From a virus: a DNA stretch of 20,020 bases. The position numbers and the translations under genes are program-made. Below the pieces are notes generated by a model, which did no database searches, was not told the DNA's origin, and saw only the letters and a program-made list of their open reading frames with translations. This document shows positions 1-8,120 of the stretch, piece by piece. The first letter of the stretch is position 1, and each line of letters begins with the position of its first letter. Location of the stretch: the IMG/VR virus record IMGVR_UViG_3300025322_000182; one strand, given 5' to 3'.

Positions 1-2169
1 GAATTCTATGAGTCGTGCCAGTTCAGCATCTGCCCCTGGCTTTGAGCTGGCGATAATAGAGGTCATGGGCTTGTTGGATGAGCTGAGCAGCAGCCCTGAC
101 CACCCGAACCCTACCGGGGCCAGTTCTCCAGTGCTTGTGAGCCGTATACGCGGCTGCCCTTGGCTCCATGTATACACAATGTCCGACAGTTCCTTGCCGT
201 CGATGTTCGTCATCTCGTCCACCAGCACAGGCAGGTTATGCAGTAGACCCGCGACGGCAAAAATGCCTTTGTGCGTCACACTGGATCGTGACAATGTCAC
301 AGGGGTGTTTTCATCAGGGCAGCCGTAGATGCTGAATGCGTTGCGCATCGCCGTGGTTTTACCCTGCCCGGTAGTGTACGAAATGGCGCTCAGCGTCAGC
401 CCGCCGGCAACCCCCATGAATGGCATCAGGACTGACCCAAACCCCGCTCCGAGGATGAACTGGTACTGCTCCATGCCTTTGTGGTTGTACGCGGCGTCTA
501 TGAGGGCTGTCCAGCGATCCGCGCTGCCTGTCGGAGTCAGGTACTTGACCATTGCTGCGGCATCCCCTCCGATACGCACGCGCTCTTCTGTACCATCCGG
601 CTTGAACAGCATCTCGCCCAGCAGAAATGAATCTTTGTGCCATCCGAAATGCGGGTATGTCGCAATAGCCAGCTTACTCTTCTTCAGTTCGTTGCCCCAG
701 TGGGCGATGTATGCTTCCATGTGATTCTTCCCCCCAACTATCGCTGTTACGCCTTGCTCACCAAGTTCGCGCATTAGCGTCATTCCGCCTGCACCTATGG
801 CACCGCCCGATATTTCAAACTCTTTGTACCGGCCTTCGCGCTCGCGGAGCGTCCAGACCACTTGTTGTTTCGTCGCTGCGTCAGTGTAGTAGCTCGATGG
901 ATAAAACAGAAAATCGCAGAACGCTATCCACTCGAACACGCCAGCATCTTTCCCCTTGCTTTCTTCTTTGTCCAGCACACAGCGCCACAACTTGCCATTG
1001 TCCCACTTGAATTTGTTGCCCATCGACGGGGGCAACAAGGCTACTTCAACCAGCTTTTCTTCTGTGCCGACTACCGACGTTACTTGTGATCTCTCAACCA
1101 GAATAGTTTTTGTGTATCCCAGAGAGACTGGACCTTTGATCGACCCGAAGTGCTTGCAGCTCCGGCAGTGCTCTGGCATTTCCAGCGTGGACTCACGGCG
1201 CAATACTTCGCATGATGGTGGACCGTCCGCGTTCCATGCGGCTGACTTGGCTTCAGTATCTTCCAGCGTGTAATCAGGGTGCCCCCTGGAGAATATGTGA
1301 ATGGCCTTGTCGCCTTCAGTCGTGTAGCGAACCACGCCGAGTGTCTTGTGCCACAGCGGCTCCGATACGTTGCCGCCGACACTCCCGACCGCGCGCAGCA
1401 GGCCGCACTCCTTTACAATTTCACGAATCGAGGACTCGGCGTACTCCACGCTCTTACTGGCAGCATCGTTGAGGCTGAGATCAGCCCCGGCAAATTGCGA
1501 ATTGATCGAGGGTAAATCAGGCGTTAGACTGCCAGAAAGGTGTTCCGTGAAGGTTTTCAGTGAGATAATGGGGTGAGTTGTGCCGATTAGCTTCACTTCC
1601 TTGTCGTCCTGACTGTCCTTCCGGTTCATCGTACCTATTGGACGGAGTATCCGCGCTGAGTCGGTGGTGCACGATGCGTCGTGTTTTACGTCGTGCGCAT
1701 CGAGGGTAGCTCGCCAACGGCGGGCAACTGTCCTCCATTCGTCGGCGCCAATTGCGCTGTCCAGTACCCAATAGGCATGGATGCCATAGCCAGAATTAAC
1801 CACAGCGGTGGGGGGAGGGTGTCCGGTGGTATCGCACAGCCGGATGATGTCACTAATGGCGTCGTGTTGGGTTGCATAATCAGTTCTCTTTCCTTTACAA
1901 TCGAGATCAACCCAGAAGCATTTGAGTTGTGCGACATTCTCCTGCGTGCGTTGGCGAGGATTGCCTTTTGCGTCGATATACTGCGAGGCTTTGAACGACG
2001 CCATTGCGTAGTAAATGTTTGATGGTCTGGAATTGAGTTTAGATATTTTCTTCGCTGCATGTTCCGCATCGCGCACCGAATAGTGCCTCATACCTGTCTT
2101 CGTCAGTTCGGCGACGAAGAAATTACTGCCGTCCGGCCATACGAGCCGGAGGAATTCTGCTGTGTCCAC
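1..2169 (-). CDS. Primase-polymerase (RepB-like AEP domain) fused to a DUF927/SF3-like helicase domain; 3' end beyond the window (723 codons visible)
   Basis: Not in the ORF track. I read the frame manually and found no stop from the GTG at 2169 (SD GAGGAG) to base 1. It begins MDTAEFLRLVWPDG. It has AEP motifs CFWVDLD and VNSGYGIHAYW, a Cys cluster (PPSC...HCRSCKH), DUF927-like HFGWH, Walker A GQGKTT and Walker B-like VLVDE. Confidence 0.9.
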   Translation of the reverse strand, partial: MDTAEFLRLVWPDGSNFFVAELTKTGMRHYSVRDAEHAAKKISKLNSRPSNIYYAMASFKASQYIDAKGNPRQRTQENVAQLKCFWVDLDCKGKRTDYATQHDAISDIIRLCDTTGHPPPTAVVNSGYGIHAYWVLDSAIGADEWRTVARRWRATLDAHDVKHDASCTTDSARILRPIGTMNRKDSQDDKEVKLIGTTHPIISLKTFTEHLSGSLTPDLPSINSQFAGADLSLNDAASKSVEYAESSIREIVKECGLLRAVGSVGGNVSEPLWHKTLGVVRYTTEGDKAIHIFSRGHPDYTLEDTEAKSAAWNADGPPSCEVLRRESTLEMPEHCRSCKHFGSIKGPVSLGYTKTILVERSQVTSVVGTEEKLVEVALLPPSMGNKFKWDNGKLWRCVLDKEESKGKDAGVFEWIAFCDFLFYPSSYYTDAATKQQVVWTLREREGRYKEFEISGGAIGAGGMTLMRELGEQGVTAIVGGKNHMEAYIAHWGNELKKSKLAIATYPHFGWHKDSFLLGEMLFKPDGTEERVRIGGDAAAMVKYLTPTGSADRWTALIDAAYNHKGMEQYQFILGAGFGSVLMPFMGVAGGLTLSAISYTTGQGKTTAMRNAFSIYGCPDENTPVTLSRSSVTHKGIFAVAGLLHNLPVLVDEMTNIDGKELSDIVYTWSQGQPRIRLTSTGELAPVGFGWSGLLLSSSNKPMTSIIASSKPGADAELARLIEF

Positions 2170-2196
2170 TGGGTCTCCTCCCTTTTTGGACTTACA

Positions 2197-2225
2197 ATTA
2201 TGCGCTGTACGGGGCGTTGTTTCAA
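2197..2225 (-). promoter_or_regulatory. Putative sigma70 promoter for the primase gene
   Basis: Minus strand reads TTGAAA-17 nt-CATAAT, 27 nt upstream of the GTG at 2169. The -35 box overlaps the TGA stop of the HTH gene. Confidence 0.55.
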
Positions 2226-2509
2226 CGAGATTCTGTTAGCGGCCTTAAGTGCTTGAGCACAGTGGACTTTATCTTTTCATCGACGAATTTCGGATCAACT
2301 CCTCTGATGTTCGGACGGGATATTGGAAAGTCTTTCGCAGCCACAGCAGACTCGATAGCAGCCAACAGCTTCTCTACCCTTGGGAGACGAAGAGGATTTA
2401 TAGGCCGACCATCGCACCACAGATGCACAGACATCCTGGATACGCCGCACAGCACAGCGAATTCCTTGATCTGAATATCTGCTTTCTTCAAAGTTTTCTT
2501 GATGTTCAT
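2222..2509 (-). CDS. Cro/XRE-like helix-turn-helix DNA-binding protein
   Basis: IQIKEFAVLCGVSRMSVHLWCDG fits an HTH pattern. Start moved to the ATG at 2509 because of SD GGAG. Confidence 0.75.
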   Translation of the reverse strand: MNIKKTLKKADIQIKEFAVLCGVSRMSVHLWCDGRPINPLRLPRVEKLLAAIESAVAAKDFPISRPNIRGVDPKFVDEKIKSTVLKHLRPLTESR

Positions 2510-2520
2510 TTGGTTCTCCA

Positions 2521-2544
2521 AAAAGATGCCCCTTCAGGGGCATC
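2521..2544 (-). terminator. Putative weak intrinsic terminator after the SSB-like gene
   Basis: GATGCCCC-TGAA-GGGGCATC (8-bp stem, 4-nt loop) followed by only TTTT, directly abutting the HTH gene's SD. Confidence 0.6.
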
Positions 2545-2550
2545 GGTTAA

Positions 2551-3555
2551 TTACCTGAGCAACGCCGCAAGTTCGTCATCGAGACTTGATGCTGTCGCCA
2601 CCGCTGTCTTCGGTGCCTTCGCTGCTTTCACAGGTGCGGATTTCGGAACAGGGGCTTCGTCGTCATCATCACCATCGTCCGCTTCGGCTGCTGCAAGTGC
2701 TGCCTTGGCTGCGGCAAGCTTCTTGGCCTTCGCTTCGGCCTTGTCTTTCTTCGCCGCTTCTTCAGGATCGACAGCAGGCTTCGCTGGCTTGGCTTCTACC
2801 GGCTTTACCGGCGCGTTCTCGAGACCACGATTTTTCTTGCCCACGATGGCCAGCACCAGATCGTCGGTCATCTTCGCCAGCGCCTTTTCAAACGTGTCAG
2901 CATCGAGAAATCCCGATGGCTTAAAGGTAATTACCCCAGTAACGTCGGTGTCGAATGAAATGCGGGTGACTACTCCGTTGAGCGGGGCGTTCCTCTTGGA
3001 CAGTACCTTCGACATCTCTGCCAGATTCTTCAGCGATGCTGGCGGTACACGAAACATCATCGGATCGTCAAGGTTCCCCGGTGTTGCCACCGCAAGCCGC
3101 TGCACATCAGAACATGCCTTGCCCTTGGTTGCTTCACCTTTCTCATTGGTCCCAGAGCCCCAAGCATTCTTGGCGCACAGCGCACAGGTACTGCACTGCT
3201 TTTCTTCAGCGGAGGCGTCGGGGGTGACGCCATCATTGGAGAAACAAGTCGGCTTGTCTTCGGAGCCTTCGGTGTAGCCCTCTTCGTAGAACGTCTTGGC
3301 TTTCTGCAAATTCAAAATCACCACTTCGATGTACGTTGCTGGCTCGTCAGGATCGTACGGCTTGTTTTTGGGACGCAGGATCAGCATCTTCTCGCCATCA
3401 CGCTTCACATGGAAGCGACCGCCTTTGGTAGAGATGACGGGAAATTTGATTGAGGCGAATTCTTCTGCCTGGTCGTTCAGAGACAGGTTCGCTGCTCCAG
3501 CAAAGTGCTCTGGCAGATTGCTCATTTGGTCAAACGGAATTACATTGGTGTTCAT
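2551..3555 (-). CDS. Putative phage single-stranded DNA-binding/recombination protein with Cys cluster and low-complexity acidic tail
   Basis: 334 aa; SD AAGGAG. Contains FPVISTKGGRF, PTCFSNDG, QCSTCALC, GKACSD and an Ala/Lys/Pro-rich then acidic tail (DDGDDDDE...LDDELAALLR). It sits between helicase and primase. The function is inferred from tail composition and position. Confidence 0.65.
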   Translation of the reverse strand: MNTNVIPFDQMSNLPEHFAGAANLSLNDQAEEFASIKFPVISTKGGRFHVKRDGEKMLILRPKNKPYDPDEPATYIEVVILNLQKAKTFYEEGYTEGSEDKPTCFSNDGVTPDASAEEKQCSTCALCAKNAWGSGTNEKGEATKGKACSDVQRLAVATPGNLDDPMMFRVPPASLKNLAEMSKVLSKRNAPLNGVVTRISFDTDVTGVITFKPSGFLDADTFEKALAKMTDDLVLAIVGKKNRGLENAPVKPVEAKPAKPAVDPEEAAKKDKAEAKAKKLAAAKAALAAAEADDGDDDDEAPVPKSAPVKAAKAPKTAVATASSLDDELAALLR

Positions 3556-3579
3556 GTTTACTTCTCCTTGTTGTTGAGA

Positions 3580-3765
3580 TTATTTGATTGCGACATCAGC
3601 GCCGTGGGACGCCCCGCATACAGTACAGCGGTATTCCGGTGCGCGACCTTGCACAGTAAGTTTCTGTGTAGCGATACGAACTCCATTGCCATAAGTAGCA
3701 TTTTGGAATTCAGCGCCTTGAGAGTTGTCGCGACCGTCGTTTTTGCAGCCGCATTTGATTTTCAT
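3580..3765 (-). CDS. Small Cys-containing (putative Zn-binding) phage protein
   Basis: 61 aa with CxC near the N-terminus and RCTVC near the C-terminus; SD AAGGAG; fills the gap between neighbouring genes. Confidence 0.7.
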   Translation of the reverse strand: MKIKCGCKNDGRDNSQGAEFQNATYGNGVRIATQKLTVQGRAPEYRCTVCGASHGADVAIK

Positions 3766-3776
3766 TTTACTTCTCC

Positions 3777-4166
3777 TTATCTGGCCTTTGGCCTATTGAA
3801 TCCAATCGTCGTCATCCGAGTAACATCAACTCCCGGAGGGAGTGACCCGTGCTCAGCGATGTACTCTTCAACCGCCGTTTTATTCACTCTGTTCTCGAGG
3901 AAGTTGATTGCCTCATTTTCCATTACGAAGTGCATGAATACGTCCCGGTCAGCAACCTTCGCCGACGTGGTTGTCTTCTTGAAAAACGTGCCTGACTCGG
4001 TCTTGGCCGATTCCTGACCAGTCTGATTCAAAAACGTCATTGCCTCAGTTTCGATATTCTCCATCGCCGAGTTTATTTTGCCAAGCTTTGCATCGAACTC
4101 CTTCTTGTACTTCTCATGTATATCGCGCAGCGCGATATACTTTGCAGCCATCTCTTCTGCATTCAC
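3777..4166 (-). CDS. Conserved phage hypothetical protein (N-terminal coiled coil)
   Basis: 129 aa; GTG start after SD GAGGAGGTG; typical replication-module protein (ESAKTESGTFFKK...LPPGV). Confidence 0.85.
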   Translation of the reverse strand: MNAEEMAAKYIALRDIHEKYKKEFDAKLGKINSAMENIETEAMTFLNQTGQESAKTESGTFFKKTTTSAKVADRDVFMHFVMENEAINFLENRVNKTAVEEYIAEHGSLPPGVDVTRMTTIGFNRPKAR

Positions 4167-4277
4167 TTTACACCTCCTCTCTTGGATTCAATCGCTAGCT
4201 TTACTTCGTCAAATGCCGCTACTAATGCAGAATGAACATTCCCGTCACAAGCAAGCGACGCGGACACCCCTTCCAAC

Positions 4278-4376
4278 CTAGTTGGCCTTCCAACATCCCA
4301 GCGAGTCTCTCATACTATGCTTGAACAGATTCGTAAGCTGATCTATCTCGCTTTCGTCTAAGTACGATCCAAACAC
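4278..4376 (-). CDS. Putative 32-aa microprotein
   Basis: MFGSYLDESEIDQLTNLFKHSMRDSLGCWKAN. Strong SD AAGGAGGTG, GTG start 1 nt after the upstream stop. Below the ORF-track cutoff. Confidence 0.45.
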   Translation of the reverse strand: MFGSYLDESEIDQLTNLFKHSMRDSLGCWKAN

Positions 4377-4377
4377 G

Positions 4378-4755
4378 TTACACCTCCTTTCTTAATTCAA
4401 GCATAACACACCCTGATCCGTCAGAGTAATCTACATAGTAAGTTACATATACAGCGCCTTCGTGTCGAGCAGTCATCTCGCTCAAGCATATGCCATCCTC
4501 TCGATCCTCAAGCATAAGCGCGTAAGTGTGGCATAGACGGAGCAAGTCTTTTGCAAAGCCCTTGTGCCTTTCATTTACGTATTTTGTATCGTCTTCAGTC
4601 TGGGCTTCGGATTGCAGCTCGGCCACGGCTGCTTTCAACCTCGCGTTCTCTTGTTTGAGCACTTCAATATCCGCTTCTGCCGCCTCCAGCAATCGGGACT
4701 TGTCATCATGGACTTCTCGATATATGCGCTCTCTTTCAGTGTCGTACTTTCCCAC
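4378..4755 (-). CDS. Hypothetical protein with coiled-coil segment
   Basis: 125 aa; SD GAGGAGGTG with GTG start; heptad-like LEAAEADIEVLKQENARLKAAVAEL. Confidence 0.75.
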   Translation of the reverse strand: MGKYDTERERIYREVHDDKSRLLEAAEADIEVLKQENARLKAAVAELQSEAQTEDDTKYVNERHKGFAKDLLRLCHTYALMLEDREDGICLSEMTARHEGAVYVTYYVDYSDGSGCVMLELRKEV

Positions 4756-4784
4756 TTTACACCTCCTCTCTAAGAACTGCCACT

Positions 4785-7355
4785 TTACATTGATTTCTTT
4801 ATCAAGTCAAGAAGTAAACCTTGCATTGATGACCTCGCTTGCAGTCTCTTATACATCCTCCTTTCTATTTCTGACCCTTCGAGATGAAAAATCAGGGTGT
4901 TCCTCTTCTGCCCAGGCCGAACGATGCGTCCGTTTGCTTGTATATAATCCTCGTGATTGTTCGTAGGGATGAACCACACAATCGTGTTCGCCTCTACGAG
5001 GGTTAATCCGTGCGACATGCACTTGGGGTGCGCAACGATTACGTGTAAACCTCCTTTACTTTGAAACTCGCCAAATATCTGATCTCGTTCAGCTTTACCA
5101 ACTCCGCCGTGGACGACGGCTGTCTGCCAGTCTTTACTTAGTTCTTTTGCAACCATCTCGAGACCGCCTAAAAGGGGTACAAAGACGATGACTTTACCTG
5201 CAGACTCTTCTACGACTTCTTTGAGGACTTCAATGCGGTCTTTACATTCAAGGTGAATTACTTCACCGTTCTGTCCATAGCAGCATCCGAGCGAAATCTG
5301 AGCTAGTTTTGCCGCCTTGACAGCCTCGTTTACAGCGACGATCTTTCCTTCAGCAGCTTCGACAACAAGCTGATTCACCATTTGCTTGTATGCCTTCTTC
5401 TGCTCCGGTGACATTTCGACATAGCGGTGTTCGTACATCGTGGGGGGCAGATCGACGCACTCGTCCCTCCTGAACAACACCGACGGCTGCATTGCTTCCT
5501 GCACAATCTCCAGCGCGTTCTCGCGGGGCACCCACTTAAACTGAGATACTTTCCTCTCCACCATCTCGCGAAAGCGACCGAAGTATGTAGACACCTTGTG
5601 AGGAGCGATCAGCCGGCACTGTGCCCACGCGTCTGTAGGCCGGTTAGGTATCGGGGTGCCTGTCATACCCCAGACATATTCACGGCCTTCTATGAGGTGC
5701 TTGAGAGCCTTCCAGCGATCCGTGCTCGCATTCCTGAACGATGCCAGTTCGTCGATGATTATCGCGTTGATGTCCTTGCGCGCGTAGAGCGCATTCTTTA
5801 TTTCCGGCACTTTCAGCCCGTCGTGGTTGATGATGTACACATCCGCAGGGTACTCGAGCTGCGCTACGCGCCGCGCTGCCGAGCCGTACAGGACGACAGC
5901 CTGAAGGTGGGGGAAATGATTGAATATCTCGTCAGCCCAGACACGCTCAAGTGTGGACAGAGGGGAAATAATCAACAGCTTGGTTGCCTTTCCTTGACTG
6001 CGCAGGTAGTCGTATGCCCAGAGAGCGCTCAAACTTTTGCCGGTGTTTCCGGTACAGAACACACACCCATTGCGACGAAGGACAAGAAACGTAGAAGGCA
6101 CCATGAAACAGTATTTGAATCCGTCGGTCGAAGGTTCGACAGTAATCGGAGTGGTGTCCTCGCCAGTTTTTAACGACCCTGACAAAAACAACGAGCGCCC
6201 GTTATTGCGCACTAGCACTGTGTGCTCAACAGGCTTCCCTTCTGAGGTTCTGTCAGATGTAATAATCCTGGCAGTACGGCCTGTACTAGAGAATGCGTAT
6301 TGCACAAAATCTGCGGAGGACTTTGCTGTGGTAGAAAACCGCTCGGTTGGCTTTGAGTCGCTGATGCTGCCATCCCAGTGCATGACTTCGTCACAGACCA
6401 CTCGAAGTTGGGGAACTGTCATATCCCAAGCCCAGGTGCCGAACTCTTTTTTCTTGAGCGGCGCGTAGAAACTAAACGCTGTGAATCCTGTTGCTGCCGC
6501 TGTATCGTTACTGGTCTCTTTCCATTCGATGTTAGCGCACGTCAAAAGCTGACGAAGACGATCCTTTTTGCGTTGTTTTTTCAGGCGAATCACAACTCGA
6601 CTTGTACCATTAGGTGGAAAATGTCCGTCGGCAACAACAGCTATCTGTACACGTAGCTCCTCGTTCGTAAGCGCGAGTCCAACCCCTCCGGGCCCAGAAA
6701 ATGTCACTGGTATACCGCACTTGGAAAACCCGATCTTCTTGCGACTCTTTTTGTACGTCCTCGAATGCCACTCCCCCTGCCTGAGCAAGAGGTCTGCGGC
6801 TTGGATCACCTCGCGCTTGCCTTGACCCTGTGCGTCCTCTAGCAGCATCCGGTGTTCTGGCGATAGGAGCTGGTCAATTCCATACTTGGTTTTGATTTTT
6901 ATCATTTCTGTGCAGGGCAACTTTACATACTCCGGGGTATCCACAAAGTCAGCCTTCCCTGTTTCAGGCCAATACTGCATTACCGCCCCTCCAGAGTAAC
7001 TCGAAATCTTTTGCCATCCAGTAGGGGACAAGTATTCCGTTTCCGAATCCACACACCCAATTTCTGACAAAACAAACATCCTCGGGTTGAGTGTCAGCCT
7101 ATCAACTGTCACCTGCTGCGCATGGAACGGCGTGTACCTACCTGACCAGTTGTAGTAATGGCTCACCGGCGACGGAATGTCGTAGCCCATGTTATTAAGA
7201 ACCTTCACCTCATCAAGTTCGTGAGGCACCACGACCAGGTCTACGCCCTTGTACAGTATCTGCTTCGCCGTCGGAATCACCGTCGTGAGTCGTGATGGGT
7301 GACTGTCCCTGAGCAGGATTTTCTTTTTGTCCGGGATGATGAGTGCTTTATTCAT
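4785..7355 (-). CDS. SNF2/SF2-family phage DNA helicase precursor containing an intein (about 519 aa after splicing)
   Basis: Walker A is split as SEIG|TGKS. Also has IIIDELAS (II), MTGTP (III) and QANGRIVRPGQ (VI). Start set at the ATG at 7355, which overlaps the upstream stop (ATGAATAA). Confidence 0.92.
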   Translation of the reverse strand: MNKALIIPDKKKILLRDSHPSRLTTVIPTAKQILYKGVDLVVVPHELDEVKVLNNMGYDIPSPVSHYYNWSGRYTPFHAQQVTVDRLTLNPRMFVLSEIGCVDSETEYLSPTGWQKISSYSGGAVMQYWPETGKADFVDTPEYVKLPCTEMIKIKTKYGIDQLLSPEHRMLLEDAQGQGKREVIQAADLLLRQGEWHSRTYKKSRKKIGFSKCGIPVTFSGPGGVGLALTNEELRVQIAVVADGHFPPNGTSRVVIRLKKQRKKDRLRQLLTCANIEWKETSNDTAAATGFTAFSFYAPLKKKEFGTWAWDMTVPQLRVVCDEVMHWDGSISDSKPTERFSTTAKSSADFVQYAFSSTGRTARIITSDRTSEGKPVEHTVLVRNNGRSLFLSGSLKTGEDTTPITVEPSTDGFKYCFMVPSTFLVLRRNGCVFCTGNTGKSLSALWAYDYLRSQGKATKLLIISPLSTLERVWADEIFNHFPHLQAVVLYGSAARRVAQLEYPADVYIINHDGLKVPEIKNALYARKDINAIIIDELASFRNASTDRWKALKHLIEGREYVWGMTGTPIPNRPTDAWAQCRLIAPHKVSTYFGRFREMVERKVSQFKWVPRENALEIVQEAMQPSVLFRRDECVDLPPTMYEHRYVEMSPEQKKAYKQMVNQLVVEAAEGKIVAVNEAVKAAKLAQISLGCCYGQNGEVIHLECKDRIEVLKEVVEESAGKVIVFVPLLGGLEMVAKELSKDWQTAVVHGGVGKAERDQIFGEFQSKGGLHVIVAHPKCMSHGLTLVEANTIVWFIPTNNHEDYIQANGRIVRPGQKRNTLIFHLEGSEIERRMYKRLQARSSMQGLLLDLIKKSM
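6045..7055 (-). mobile_element. Cys1 (class 1-type) intein, 337 aa, with LAGLIDADG homing endonuclease, in the helicase P-loop
   Basis: Starts CVDSETEYLSPTGW; block B LSPEHRML; endonuclease blocks IAVVADGH and EVMHWDGS; ends RNGCVFCTGN; +1 residue Thr. Removing it restores GTGKS. Confidence 0.93.
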
Positions 7356-7623
7356 TTGGGTAGGCGAAGCTGAACACCGCATCACAGCAAGCGCAGTAAC
7401 AGACTCTGAACTTTCGGCCACCATAAAATGACTTGAAGCGACTCAGCTCCACAGGGTCTTTTACCACATCCGTCTCCTCGTTCTTGCAGTAAACACACAT
7501 TTCGTTTTTGTCCTTGCTGGTTAAATATATCGCCCCAGGGACTCCTTTCGGATCAACATACGGGAGTGATGTTCTCCAGACTTCATTCGGTGTCAACTGT
7601 CGCATTTCAAACCCCTGGATCAT
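7348..7623 (-). CDS. Cys-rich hypothetical protein
   Basis: About 91 aa with CVYC and CYCACC. Stop overlaps the helicase start. Start uncertain (ATG 7623 or TTG 7632). Confidence 0.6.
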   Translation of the reverse strand: MIQGFEMRQLTPNEVWRTSLPYVDPKGVPGAIYLTSKDKNEMCVYCKNEETDVVKDPVELSRFKSFYGGRKFRVCYCACCDAVFSFAYPNE

Positions 7624-7834
7624 TTTGGGCAAACCACCTTTTTACAAATACTCCCATGTCTCTATACGCACTGGACCCCTTTACTACCGACTTGACAAAC
7701 ATCGCAGCGTTCGCACATCTTCCACACTCACATACACAACACTCTAGTATCGTAGCGCTTTTTGTCGGGTAGGAGCGCGCGTGAACGACCTCAAACCGTT
7801 CACCGAGTGTATCTTGCAGCATCTCTTTTTCCAT
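7607..7834 (-). CDS. Cys-rich hypothetical protein
   Basis: 75 aa with CCVCECGRC; SD GAGGAGGTG; starts 1 nt after the VRR-NUC stop. Confidence 0.65.
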   Translation of the reverse strand: MEKEMLQDTLGERFEVVHARSYPTKSATILECCVCECGRCANAAMFVKSVVKGSSAYRDMGVFVKRWFAQNDPGV

Positions 7835-7835
7835 T

Positions 7836-8117
7836 TCACACCTCCTCTAACCATGCCTGCAAAGCAGACGTATCTCCGTCAATGACGAACACCTTGCCCC
7901 CCGCCTTTTCGATCTCGGAAATTGTTATTCCCTGACGCGCTGTAGGCTTCTTGCCGGGCGCCTTCGTCTCTGCTGCGAAGTACTTGCCCTTGAAGCAACA
8001 GATGAAATCCAGTGACGGTGCACCCATTCCGTTTTGTACAGGGCAGTGCCAGTATGCTCCATGTGCTTTCAGCACTTCCTTAACTGCGACTTTAACTTTC
8101 GCTTCTTCAGTTGCCAT
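7836..8117 (-). CDS. VRR-NUC domain nuclease (Holliday junction resolvase-like)
   Basis: EAKVK...GMGAPSLDFICC...FAAETKAPGKKPTARQ...AGGKVFVID matches the stand-alone phage VRR-NUC pattern. Confidence 0.88.
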   Translation of the reverse strand: MATEEAKVKVAVKEVLKAHGAYWHCPVQNGMGAPSLDFICCFKGKYFAAETKAPGKKPTARQGITISEIEKAGGKVFVIDGDTSALQAWLEEV

Positions 8118-8120
8118 ATC

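Larger units (their letters stand above)
4164..4770 (-). repeat. Direct repeat of an 18-nt translation-initiation block GAGAGGAGGTGTAAAGTG (4164-4181 and 4753-4770), with a near copy AGGAGGTGTAACGTG at 4374-4388
   Basis: The two 18-mers are identical by direct reading. Each of the three blocks ends in a GTG start codon. Confidence 0.85.

Noticed and set aside
1-6. Window begins at GAATTC (EcoRI site)
   Set aside because: It falls inside the primase CDS and reflects at most how the sequence was cut or opened, not biology.
2249-3277. 342-aa plus-strand ORF
   Set aside because: Antisense shadow of the SSB-like gene; its Ser/Ala/Phe-rich sequence mirrors the sense codons and has no motif.
4182-4294. 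Tiny ORF VSASLACDG..., 9-nt repeat CCTTCCAAC and a 5-bp hairpin
   Set aside because: Too short to distinguish from chance, with a weak SD and no U-tract.
5427-6468. Plus-strand ORFs of 248 aa and 143 aa
   Set aside because: Antisense to the helicase and intein, with no recognisable domains or SD support.
7356-7424. ORF-track upstream extensions (helicase 7424; likewise exonuclease 9788, polA 12347, 10584, 10324, 14273)
   Set aside because: They overlap upstream genes. Downstream ATGs have SDs or stop/start coupling.
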